DNA of 64,000 bases from a virus (lineage: Duplodnaviria > Heunggongvirae > Uroviricota > Caudoviricetes), in IMG/VR virus record IMGVR_UViG_3300001605_000009. One strand, 5' to 3'. The position numbers and the translations under genes are program-made. The notes beneath the pieces are model-generated. The model saw nothing but the letters and a program-made list of their open reading frames with translations. It searched no databases and had not been told where the DNA came from. How positions within the stretch are numbered: the first letter of the stretch is position 1; every line of letters begins with the position of its first letter. This document shows, in pieces, positions 44,557-52,926 of this stretch.

Positions 44557-45569
44557 GAATTAATCCTTTTAATAAACCAAGGGCGAGCCTTGTTAGCAAT
44601 TGGTCCACCAAGCTTCTTAGGATCAAACCCAGAGGCTACAATAGTATCGGTTTCTTCCTTTACAACATCGTTGTAGACCCAACGAATGAAGTCACCCATT
44701 GAAGTCATATCTAGGGGCTTTAGTTGCTCACGAACTAGGTTATCAACACCCTGTTCTAGACGTTGCTCGGTAACTGTAGTGTCAACGAAGTCCTTGAGAG
44801 CTTGAACGGCTTCAACGTCTACAGCAGCTAGAGTCTTAACCTTAGATGCTGAGTGCTTTTCACCCTTTACCTTGAAACGAAGACCTTCCCAACCTGGTGT
44901 AACGCAGGTCCAAACAACACCTTCTCCGACACCAGATACACCGAAAGCCTTGCCCACAGGGCATTCGTTTTCGACGGCTTCTGTGATTTCGATCATGCGG
45001 TTCTGTGCTAGTTCAGGATGTGCGAAGTCAATGTCAAGCTCCCACATTGGAAACTCCTCAATGTCACGAACACCTGGAATATCAGTAAACTCAGTTTCTC
45101 CAGATAGAGGGTCACTCCAGAGCTCTGTACCGTCTTGTTCAATAAACTTCACTGCGAAGATGACAAACATCTTAGGCAGTTCACTAACAGCCACACCACG
45201 TTGAATGCCTTGTCCACACCACTCACCGTATACGGCAATCTTGCGCACACTTGGGTGGCTCATAGTACCAAAGAATTCTAGCCACTTTTTCTCGTACTTC
45301 ATCTGTGCTAGCATGAAGCCAGCGTTATCCTGAGTAAGACTTAGCACCCGTTCACGAGACTGATAAGAAAGTTCTTGTGAAACATAATCGTACACTACAG
45401 CTGCGTTTGTACCGTGAAGCTTCACAGTACCATGAAACTTCAGAGTTGGAAGCTCCCGTGTATGGTCATAGATTGGCTGGCCTGTATCATCCTTACCGAC
45501 ATAGCGGTGTGACGCCTTCACATGATGAATGACGTTGCGAAACTGCTCGATTGATGGAAACTTAATCAT
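44553..45569 (-). CDS. RNA ligase 2-like nucleotidyltransferase (start corrected to an internal ATG with a ribosome-binding site)
   Basis: KLHGTN matches the KxHGTN lysine motif of T4 Rnl2. The promoter at 45578-45640 and the ribosome-binding site taaggagat place the start at 45569 rather than 45752. Confidence 0.65.
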   Translation of the reverse strand: MIKFPSIEQFRNVIHHVKASHRYVGKDDTGQPIYDHTRELPTLKFHGTVKLHGTNAAVVYDYVSQELSYQSRERVLSLTQDNAGFMLAQMKYEKKWLEFFGTMSHPSVRKIAVYGEWCGQGIQRGVAVSELPKMFVIFAVKFIEQDGTELWSDPLSGETEFTDIPGVRDIEEFPMWELDIDFAHPELAQNRMIEITEAVENECPVGKAFGVSGVGEGVVWTCVTPGWEGLRFKVKGEKHSASKVKTLAAVDVEAVQALKDFVDTTVTEQRLEQGVDNLVREQLKPLDMTSMGDFIRWVYNDVVKEETDTIVASGFDPKKLGGPIANKARPWFIKRINS

Positions 45570-45577
45570 TCTTATCT

Positions 45578-45640
45578 CCTTAACAAAACAAATATAGCCC
45601 ATCAACCGAGAAAAGTCAAGGGCTATTGAAAGGCTTGGTC
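45578..45640 (-). promoter_or_regulatory. sigma70 promoter with TTGACT, a 17-nt spacer and TATATT
   Basis: The minus strand reads caatagcccTTGACTtttctcggttgatgggcTATATT. Confidence 0.55.
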
Positions 45641-45775
45641 CATAAAGTCGTAATATGCCTGTGTAATCAAAAGTGATTAGTGTATAATCATCTGACATGA
45701 AGGCATACTCGTTTATCTCGTCTGCGTAGCACCTAGGTTCCGTCCGGTCCATACGTAAATATCATCCGGCATTGT

Positions 45776-46213
45776 TTAAGCTGTCTTCCATTCATAGTCG
45801 TCTACTGTGCAAACGGACTCAAAGCCGTCATACTCGTCAATTTTATAGAGCGTGCCTTCATCAACTTCCGCAATTTTAAGATTAGAGTATCTAGAATTAG
45901 CCGCTTGTCCAAGAGTCTCTATAACTTCTACTAGGCAAGGGTCAGTACGATCAATATTGCTAACCGAGAAGCAAAGCTTGTTTGAGATCTCAAATCTTCC
46001 TACACCTGCAGGGTTCTGATGGTCTTTTGCTAGTGCCTCCTCATACTCTGGTACAGGGCAGAGATAATAGTTGGTAAAAAAGTCTCCAACTTCATGTTTG
46101 GAGTACAACGTAATCCTCTTTAGTTTTGCGTATAGTTCAACAGCCTTATTGGAGAGCCCAAAACCGCCGTAACAAGCGTTATATACAATCTTAGTCATTA
46201 TGCTGTCTCCCAA
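45776..46213 (-). CDS. hypothetical protein; paralog of the ORF at 46198..46497
   Basis: The C-terminal motif IDEYDGFESVCTVDDYEWKTA matches IEEYDGAETLRLENEYDWETA in the neighbouring ORF. Confidence 0.4.
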   Translation of the reverse strand: MGDSIMTKIVYNACYGGFGLSNKAVELYAKLKRITLYSKHEVGDFFTNYYLCPVPEYEEALAKDHQNPAGVGRFEISNKLCFSVSNIDRTDPCLVEVIETLGQAANSRYSNLKIAEVDEGTLYKIDEYDGFESVCTVDDYEWKTA

Positions 46214-46497
46214 TCGTATTCATTTTCTAGCCGCAAAGTTTCTGCACCATCATACTCTTCAATACGAAAACGTGTGCCTACTGGAACCCACCGAACTACT
46301 AGTCCTTCAATACCACCAACATAGGCGTCCGGATAAATTTCTCTAGCAATATCTACAATTTCAGTCTCAGACTGTCCCTCTAGAAGGGCCTCTACGATTC
46401 TAGGTTCAAATACATTCTGTCCCCACGTTGACCATCCCGATCCGAATCCACGAGACACTAAAACAGCAACTTCCCCGTCTACAATAAACTTACTCAT
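46198..46497 (-). CDS. hypothetical protein; tandem paralog
   Basis: Shares the C-terminal motif described for the ORF at 45776..46213. Confidence 0.4.
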   Translation of the reverse strand: MSKFIVDGEVAVLVSRGFGSGWSTWGQNVFEPRIVEALLEGQSETEIVDIAREIYPDAYVGGIEGLVVRWVPVGTRFRIEEYDGAETLRLENEYDWETA

Positions 46498-46694
46498 GTT
46501 AAAATCTCCTTCACAACGTCTTCCAGAGTGTCAAAATCGCCTGTGAAATTATCACAGTCAAAGTACCCGCCGCCTTCTCCACGAAAGCCCTCTAGATCAT
46601 GCTGCTCTAGCAACTTAATGCACAGCTCGTTATTGAAGAAACGAACAGACATTGATCCATCACCGCAGTCTACAGCTGTATAAAAGATTCTCAT
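46494..46694 (-). CDS. hypothetical protein
   Basis: ORF only. Confidence 0.3.
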   Translation of the reverse strand: MRIFYTAVDCGDGSMSVRFFNNELCIKLLEQHDLEGFRGEGGGYFDCDNFTGDFDTLEDVVKEILT

Positions 46695-46891
46695 GACATA
46701 TACTCCTGGATTTCTTCTTGTGCTTCTGATACTGCTGAGGCAATCTGCTCAAAGTAGTAGCTAAGGCTATCGGCCACGGATTCTTTAGCAACATCCAGCT
46801 GGTTTTCTAGCTTTCGTACGTCCCTCTCTAGACGGTCGATTTTGGACTGAAGCTCGTTCACCCAGGCCTTGTAATAAAGAACTTCATCCAC
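46691..46891 (-). CDS. hypothetical coiled-coil protein
   Basis: ORF only. Confidence 0.3.
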   Translation of the reverse strand: MDEVLYYKAWVNELQSKIDRLERDVRKLENQLDVAKESVADSLSYYFEQIASAVSEAQEEIQEYMS

Positions 46892-46943
46892 GTTTCTTCC
46901 TCCCTTTGTTTAATGCCTTAATTGCTAGTGTAGGTGGAGCGGT

Positions 46944-47051
46944 TCAGGTAAAGTGAACTCCTGCCCCACCACATCCGGGACAGTCCCACCATTGAAGTTT
47001 ATTAGAAGTAGTCAAAAGATTGCCAGAGCCTTTACAGACAACACAGATCAT
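46944..47051 (-). CDS. 35-residue zinc-ribbon mini-protein
   Basis: MICVVCKGSGNLLTTSNKLQWWDCPGCGGAGVHFT, with the ribosome-binding site aaggagac upstream. It is not in the ORF track. Confidence 0.35.
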   Translation of the reverse strand: MICVVCKGSGNLLTTSNKLQWWDCPGCGGAGVHFT

Positions 47052-47115
47052 TTCCTGTCTCCTTAAACAATAATATAGCCCGTTAACCTTTGAAAGTCAA
47101 CGGGCTATTTAAGTT

Positions 47116-48492
47116 TTACTTGATTTCAGCGCGTTTTCGAATGTCCTCGAAAGTTTGCTGCTTAGGGACTTCTCCGTCTACAAAGACTACTCGAAGATAG
47201 TCACCTACTGTTTCATAGTCGTCTTCATGATTACTTACTGTAAAGTACTCGTTGTAGAATGTTTTACCTAACTTCAGCAAGCCCCGCTTAGAGCGCTTAC
47301 CACTATCAGTGACTGGATCTTTATAAACATCAACCCATTTGCCGTTGATCTTAGCAGCTGAGCACTTCATGGCGAATTTAAAATCGTCTCGATTAACGAT
47401 CTGAAGAAGCGCGCCGCCCTGACCAAAGACTACGTTATCAGCACTGAAGTCGTGTGCTGCTAGATTGTCTAGAATAGCACGAATAGAGTCGATGTTGATA
47501 CCGTCACCCTGCAATACGCGAACGTTATTAAGAACCTTAAAGCCCTTTTCGTTTACAGTGTAGCCGAAGTATTCTGCTAGAATGCTTACGCAGTCTAGTA
47601 CTACTTTCTTTGGCTCTCCAGAGTCCGGACGAACAACAAGAGTAGCGCCGCTGTCTAGAACATCCTGCTTTAGTACTGTACCCCACAGCTTGCAGGCTTC
47701 ATAGATATTGTAGCTGTCTGAAACAGCGGATACAATACCACCTGGCTTACCATTCTTCTTAACCATGTTACGGTACGCGTCAACTTCGTTTTCGCGACCC
47801 CAACTGGTTACAGTGCTATGTTCCATAGCGGGAACACTGAACCCAGCCATATCAGCACCATAGTGGCGACGAGCAAAGAGCAGAGCTTCAATAGTGTCAG
47901 TACCCATGAAGTTGACAAGATGCGCTGCTCCGCCAATTCCAGCCGACTCAAGCGAGCTAACACCGCGAGAACCAAAGTCATGAAGCTTAAAGCTAATATC
48001 AGCAGGAGTTCCAGTGCGAACGAGAGCATCTAGAATGACCTTCTTAATTTCGCGGCTATTGGTAGCCACAGTTGTAGGATACCAGATCGCTCGAAGAAGC
48101 GCGGTTTCTAGGAACGACGTCAACCACCAGCAATTTGGATCAGTATTCTCAATAGTGGCGAGCACGTTATGAGTTGGCACGACAGTGCCCTCATGTACAG
48201 CTGTGATAAGAACAGGAAGACGACCGTCATGCTCACGAACAATGTACTCCCAACCCTCACGGTTGAAAGGCTCACCATGTGCTAGAATGATGGCTTCCGC
48301 TTCATCAATCATTTCCATAGTGATAGGTTCCATCAAGTATTCTTGAATGAATGCCTGAAGACCAAAGAACACAGTTTCGTCGTACTTGCCACCACGGCTT
48401 TCGATGTAGCTATATACGATTTCAGTACCTTCGGGGTACTGGTTAAATTGGCTGTATTTGTAGCTATCGCTGTTTAGGATAATGTTTTTCAT
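47116..48492 (-). CDS. nadV: nicotinamide phosphoribosyltransferase (NadV/NAMPT)
   Basis: A 458-residue protein with an NAMPT-like N-terminus (LNSDSYKYSQFNQYP) and overall family architecture. Confidence 0.8.
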   Translation of the reverse strand: MKNIILNSDSYKYSQFNQYPEGTEIVYSYIESRGGKYDETVFFGLQAFIQEYLMEPITMEMIDEAEAIILAHGEPFNREGWEYIVREHDGRLPVLITAVHEGTVVPTHNVLATIENTDPNCWWLTSFLETALLRAIWYPTTVATNSREIKKVILDALVRTGTPADISFKLHDFGSRGVSSLESAGIGGAAHLVNFMGTDTIEALLFARRHYGADMAGFSVPAMEHSTVTSWGRENEVDAYRNMVKKNGKPGGIVSAVSDSYNIYEACKLWGTVLKQDVLDSGATLVVRPDSGEPKKVVLDCVSILAEYFGYTVNEKGFKVLNNVRVLQGDGINIDSIRAILDNLAAHDFSADNVVFGQGGALLQIVNRDDFKFAMKCSAAKINGKWVDVYKDPVTDSGKRSKRGLLKLGKTFYNEYFTVSNHEDDYETVGDYLRVVFVDGEVPKQQTFEDIRKRAEIK

Positions 48493-48540
48493 GTTGGTTT
48501 CCCTTTTGATGCCTCATTATATGAAATTTCAGCTAATTGG

Positions 48541-49014
48541 TCAAGCCCAATATTTAGTAATGTATGTGATTAGGTCTTCCAAACTATCAACCACATTAAG
48601 ATCATATACGCTAGAAACAATATCTACATTTCCTTTACGCCAGAACGGATCAGGACAGTATACAATAGCCTGTTGTCCCATTCCAGCAACAAGGCCAAGC
48701 TCTAGTAGAGTAATTGGTGATTTTGTACTTGGATCAAATACAAATACTACCAGATCACTGTTTTCAATACCAGATAGCTCCCATAGTACTTGCTCTTGAA
48801 ACTGTTCGTTATCAATAGATTGAGTCCAACTGCTGTCCCAATCATCCCTACGAGGATTAAGGAAGGTAATATCACTATTCTGAAAATGACTAACTAATTC
48901 ATCTTGCCAGTTGATAGCTGTACCCATTTCAATAGAGCCAGCTAGAAAGATTAAAGTATTAAACTCATCAAACTCATTTGGGGCTTTAATTACTTGCATA
49001 TACTGTTGTTCCAT
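48541..49014 (-). CDS. nucleoside 2-deoxyribosyltransferase-like or Rcl-like protein
   Basis: The IFLAGSI motif and a Rossmann-like fold resemble the deoxyribosyltransferase/LOG superfamily. Confidence 0.45.
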   Translation of the reverse strand: MEQQYMQVIKAPNEFDEFNTLIFLAGSIEMGTAINWQDELVSHFQNSDITFLNPRRDDWDSSWTQSIDNEQFQEQVLWELSGIENSDLVVFVFDPSTKSPITLLELGLVAGMGQQAIVYCPDPFWRKGNVDIVSSVYDLNVVDSLEDLITYITKYWA

Positions 49015-49202
49015 TACAGCTCACTCGCATAGGGCGAATAGGCTTTCTATTTACTAGTACTTCGACGTCGCTCTTACCTACAGTTTCCCAGATACGATAA
49101 GTAGGAATATCAGGAACTTCTAGTCCCGATCGTAGCGCTGTCCAGCATTGCCCTGCGTACACCCACTGTACACAGAGCATATCATTTCGTGTTTTCTTAC
49201 CT

Positions 49203-49703
49203 TCAGACATTTGTAAACTCCACTAATGTTGCTGATCCACCCTTAAGCTCTTTAGCAAACTCTTCTAGCATTGAAATGATACGATCCTTATCTCCACCAG
49301 CTAGGCCCATTCCAATGTAAGGAAAGCCAAAGTCGTAGTTTGGATAAAGATGCAAAAGCTTCTGTAGAATAACAGCGAAACTGGCATATTCAAAGTGGTC
49401 CTTACCCCGTGGTAGGTAGTCGTACTGTGTATACGCGTTCACAATAGTAAAACTCCCAACCCTAGTATGTGTGAAGTTTCCTAGCTTTAGATATGGAATG
49501 AGCTTTTTCTTCTCGTGATAAGCCGTATCTACATCGTATGCAGACGGAAAGCGCTCTCGAATCTCTTTAGCAATACCACTTCCCATAGTATTCTTGCAAT
49601 TGCAGCCATGAACGATAATATCGAACTTACCGCGCTCTGCTAGAGTGAGAAGGTTTCCTTTAGTGTGCTGTAGCATCTTGAGACCACTCCCAGTATTTAT
49701 CAA
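49203..49703 (-). CDS. Macro domain protein (ADP-ribose binding or ADP-ribosylhydrolase)
   Basis: DIIVHGCNCKNTMGSGIAKEI matches the Macro domain glycine-rich ADP-ribose-binding loop. Confidence 0.6.
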   Translation of the reverse strand: MINTGSGLKMLQHTKGNLLTLAERGKFDIIVHGCNCKNTMGSGIAKEIRERFPSAYDVDTAYHEKKKLIPYLKLGNFTHTRVGSFTIVNAYTQYDYLPRGKDHFEYASFAVILQKLLHLYPNYDFGFPYIGMGLAGGDKDRIISMLEEFAKELKGGSATLVEFTNV

Positions 49704-49959
49704 GTTTTTCTAGCTCTCTCGAGCCTATAGCAATAATATCCGAGTCTGGGAAATTATTAGCAATAAAGAAGTTTAGAGCGGCGGATACGTCTGCTAATTC
49801 TTCAATAAGATTCTGGCCGAGATCAGCGCCACCCCAATAGGCTAACTCCCCACCGTTCCCTATGATTTTACTCAGAACAGTTTGAAGCTCTCCCATCTCC
49901 TCTTGAAGTTTAGACAACCCTCTCCATGAATCTGTTGATTTAATTCTGTACATCACCAA
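49660..49959 (-). CDS. MazG-like nucleotide pyrophosphohydrolase
   Basis: The EEMGEL and IEELADV acidic motifs are typical of MazG/HisE family proteins. Confidence 0.5.
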   Translation of the reverse strand: MVMYRIKSTDSWRGLSKLQEEMGELQTVLSKIIGNGGELAYWGGADLGQNLIEELADVSAALNFFIANNFPDSDIIAIGSRELEKLDKYWEWSQDATAH

Positions 49960-50144
49960 CTCCTAATAATTGCTTGATGACCACAATTAGGGCAGTCTAC
50001 CCACTCGTGTCCATCAGGACCGCCACTGTAGTCCCTACCACGGTACTCTTTCACTTCACAGAGCTTGTACTCTAGAATAGAAGCACATCCGCGACAGGTA
50101 ATCCGCTTCACAGCTGACTCGTCTCGTCCTACAACTTTAACCAT
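49953..50144 (-). CDS. zinc-ribbon protein
   Basis: CRGC...CPNCGH motif. Confidence 0.4.
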   Translation of the reverse strand: MVKVVGRDESAVKRITCRGCASILEYKLCEVKEYRGRDYSGGPDGHEWVDCPNCGHQAIIRSW

Positions 50145-51189
50145 TTAGTAGTTCCTTAATGATATGATAATGATCGTCGAACATAACACTTTCATCTAGC
50201 TCAGAGATATTAATCCAGCCAGCTGAGACAGCATCATCTGCGCCAACCACATCAGGTCGTTTACCCATCCAGCTAATATCAAAGTAAAAACAGTGACTTA
50301 CAGTATGTCCCATAGTTGAGCGACCTGGATGATCGGCAATGAACAGCTTTGGCTTCCCACTAAGTAGTAGGTCATCCTTAGTAAGTTGCAAACCAGTTTC
50401 TTCAAGCAGCTCACGAAGTGAGCCAGCTAGTGTGCGCTCGCCCGCATTAAGATGGCCCCCAGGAAGAGCTAGAAGCCCCTTACCGGGGTGTTTTCCACGC
50501 TCTACAAGCAGAATCTGGTCGTTATATCGAACCACAGCATCTACAGTGATCTGCTTAACAGGATACGGGGAAGAAGACCACAACTCTGTGTTTATATCAA
50601 TTTCTGTCTGCCAATCAGACATGTAGTTGATAAAACCTAGCTCAGAGTTAGTAATTACGTCTACTGTGCTCCATGGGAGGTTATCTAGCTGTAGCGAAAA
50701 GTCTCGGAAGAGTTCTTCACGAATATCAGTGGCATTCAGCGGGGCATCAATAGCCCACTCTACTAGATCATAGTTTGGGAACATATCAAGGTAGTAGCTA
50801 GACTCGTCCTTACGGGCACCGATGATGCCAATCTTGAGGTCAGCAGTACCATTGTTGTGAAATCCATCAGGATTGGCAACGTCTAGTGCTGTGAACTTGA
50901 TAGCTTCTCTTACTTCGGCAGCCCATGCACTATCATCATAGGGCTGGTCCCGAATAGCGTCTGTATATAGATTTGTGCCTTCAGGATAAGAAGCTAGAAT
51001 CATATCAGAGCGCTCTTCATAGGTCCATGGATTCTTTGGAGTACGCGCACCACCAGAACTTCCAATAAGAACTAGGACGTTCTTGGCTTTGGTAAAAGCA
51101 TGGTCGATCACACTCTTGTGACCCTTATGAAACGGCTGAAAGCGTCCGATGTATACTAGAAGGTCGTACATTATTATCTCCTTATGCAC
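50137..51189 (-). CDS. bifunctional NMN adenylyltransferase and Nudix ADP-ribose pyrophosphatase (NadM-Nudix, NatV-like)
   Basis: Nucleotidyltransferase motif GRFQPFHKGH at the N-terminus and Nudix box GGHLNAGERTLAGSLRELLEETG at the C-terminus. Confidence 0.85.
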   Translation of the reverse strand: MHKEIIMYDLLVYIGRFQPFHKGHKSVIDHAFTKAKNVLVLIGSSGGARTPKNPWTYEERSDMILASYPEGTNLYTDAIRDQPYDDSAWAAEVREAIKFTALDVANPDGFHNNGTADLKIGIIGARKDESSYYLDMFPNYDLVEWAIDAPLNATDIREELFRDFSLQLDNLPWSTVDVITNSELGFINYMSDWQTEIDINTELWSSSPYPVKQITVDAVVRYNDQILLVERGKHPGKGLLALPGGHLNAGERTLAGSLRELLEETGLQLTKDDLLLSGKPKLFIADHPGRSTMGHTVSHCFYFDISWMGKRPDVVGADDAVSAGWINISELDESVMFDDHYHIIKELLNG

Positions 51190-51222
51190 TGATAATACAA
51201 AATTTAAGCAGTTGAGTCAACA

Positions 51223-51459
51223 CTATTTACTAACGACCCAGTAAGCAAGTGCGAGAGGCCCTAGACAAGCTAATCCGGCTAGAAACATAGGAATGGTGGC
51301 TGGCCAAAGTAACCCAAAGAAAAAGCTACCTATAGCTATAGCCTCTCGTTCAGCTGTATCTATTTCTTCTCCCTTACGAATAAATGTTAGGAATTTTAGA
51401 TATACGTAGGCAGATAGAGGGGCTAATATAATAAAGCCAATAAACCAACTAACAATCAT
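51223..51459 (-). CDS. small membrane protein
   Basis: Hydrophobic ORF. Confidence 0.3.
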   Translation of the reverse strand: MIVSWFIGFIILAPLSAYVYLKFLTFIRKGEEIDTAEREAIAIGSFFFGLLWPATIPMFLAGLACLGPLALAYWVVSK

Positions 51460-51697
51460 AGTTGCGCTCCAGGTACTCTTTTAAGTCCTCTTGAGACATT
51501 TTGAGATTCTCTTCTGTCTGCTTTTGAATTGCCTCTAAGATAATCTCATTTCTTACTTTAATGGAATCGCCCCGAAAGCATTGACTAAGTTTCGACCGTA
51601 GATTGGAAACTTCTAGTCTTAGCGCTATGATCTCTTCTTTCAGGTCGTTGATAGTTTCTACCCTACCCCAGTCTTCTGGATCATTTATACTCATCAA
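51449..51697 (-). CDS. hypothetical coiled-coil protein
   Basis: ORF only. Confidence 0.3.
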   Translation of the reverse strand: MMSINDPEDWGRVETINDLKEEIIALRLEVSNLRSKLSQCFRGDSIKVRNEIILEAIQKQTEENLKMSQEDLKEYLERNYDC

Positions 51698-52388
51698 TAG
51701 CCTTTCGTTTTCCTAATATGTCTAAAATTACAGAGATAAATCCCTCATTAGAGGAATCTATATGGTGACTCACGTGTCTATGCTCTCCACCAGTTAAAAT
51801 ACCAAATACTAATCCTCTATTGATAGCACCACTATCGTCGTGATTAAAGGTAGACCACGACAAGGTTACCAGAGCGCAAGCTGCTGGAACCAGCCACAGA
51901 AATAGAAGGGCCTTCAAAGAAATTAGTAGTAACAATACTGGTAAGCACACTAGTATCCAGTAGTGACGCTGAAAGAACATAACTCTAGGATTCTTACTTA
52001 ACCTAGCAATTGTTCGATAGTCTCCCTTATCTTTATCTACCCAAAAGAGTGGAAAAGCGGCTCTCCAACCTATGTATTTTGGAGAGTGAGGATCACGATT
52101 CGTGTCTACGTATTTATGGTGATTAATGTGTATAGAGGCTGCCTCTAGTGGAGTTGACATACTACCATAGAACCCAAAAGCTAGACATATAAATTCTATA
52201 GCTGGGTGAAACTTGTGTGTTTGATGGGTTATTACTCTATGATAAGTAGCTGTATACCCAACACACCTAAATAGAAAAAATACTAGAATAGATACTAGTG
52301 CCCAACCTAGGGTTATAAAGTATAAAGACGCTAAGGCTAGTATAGGCAGCGTTATCTGCAATATAAACAGAAATAGAGCCTTATTCAT
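51681..52388 (-). CDS. membrane di-iron His-box enzyme (fatty acid desaturase or hydroxylase family)
   Basis: Three histidine boxes (HRVITHQTH, HINHHKY and HRHVSHH) and multiple transmembrane segments. Confidence 0.5.
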   Translation of the reverse strand: MNKALFLFILQITLPILALASLYFITLGWALVSILVFFLFRCVGYTATYHRVITHQTHKFHPAIEFICLAFGFYGSMSTPLEAASIHINHHKYVDTNRDPHSPKYIGWRAAFPLFWVDKDKGDYRTIARLSKNPRVMFFQRHYWILVCLPVLLLLISLKALLFLWLVPAACALVTLSWSTFNHDDSGAINRGLVFGILTGGEHRHVSHHIDSSNEGFISVILDILGKRKAIDEYK

Positions 52389-52926
52389 AGAGGCCTCTAC
52401 TTCTCAACATATCAAATATCCACTGCTTGTTATCTCTCCAGAATCTAGCAGAGCGTAGACCCTCAGTAGAAGCTACATATCGTTTATCTCGTGTTTCAAA
52501 GTATTCCATAGTATTAAACTCGCACCCTACATGCATCCAGCCATTATCTAGAGCTGTAATTGGGTACTCTATTCCATCAATAATAAGTGGAGGGGAGTTG
52601 ATGATGGTTCCCTTCCAATGCACATTTTCAAAGTTTGTGCCAGTAAAGTCTACGGTACTAAGGAGAGTATCATCCATAGTACAGGAGTCTAGCACACAGT
52701 TTTTGAACTGAGAGCGGAAAATATAAGCATTACTAAACTCACATAGGGTGAAGCTACAGTTAGTGAACTTTGTGCCAGTGATATAGGCATTTAGGTCACA
52801 CCCATGAAATGTACAATTAGAGAACTCCGCCCCGTACATATCAGCATTCTTGAGAGTACAGTTAGAGAAGACTACACCAGTATAGTCTTCATAGCGCATG
52901 TTTTTAAAGGTATGATTCTCAATCAC
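52381..52926 (-). CDS. pentapeptide-repeat protein
   Basis: Tandem A(D/N)LxX-type repeats (FSNCTLKNADMYGAEFSNCTFHGCDLNAYITGTKFTNCSFTLCEFSNAYIFRSQFKNCVLDSCT). Confidence 0.7.
   Translation of the reverse strand: MIENHTFKNMRYEDYTGVVFSNCTLKNADMYGAEFSNCTFHGCDLNAYITGTKFTNCSFTLCEFSNAYIFRSQFKNCVLDSCTMDDTLLSTVDFTGTNFENVHWKGTIINSPPLIIDGIEYPITALDNGWMHVGCEFNTMEYFETRDKRYVASTEGLRSARFWRDNKQWIFDMLRSRGLYE

Noticed and set aside
44553-45752. The 399-residue version of the Rnl2-like ORF starting at 45752
   Set aside because: A consensus promoter (45578-45640) and the ribosome-binding site taaggagat sit inside the long version and precede an internal ATG at 45569. The upstream extension looks like read-through of an intergenic region.
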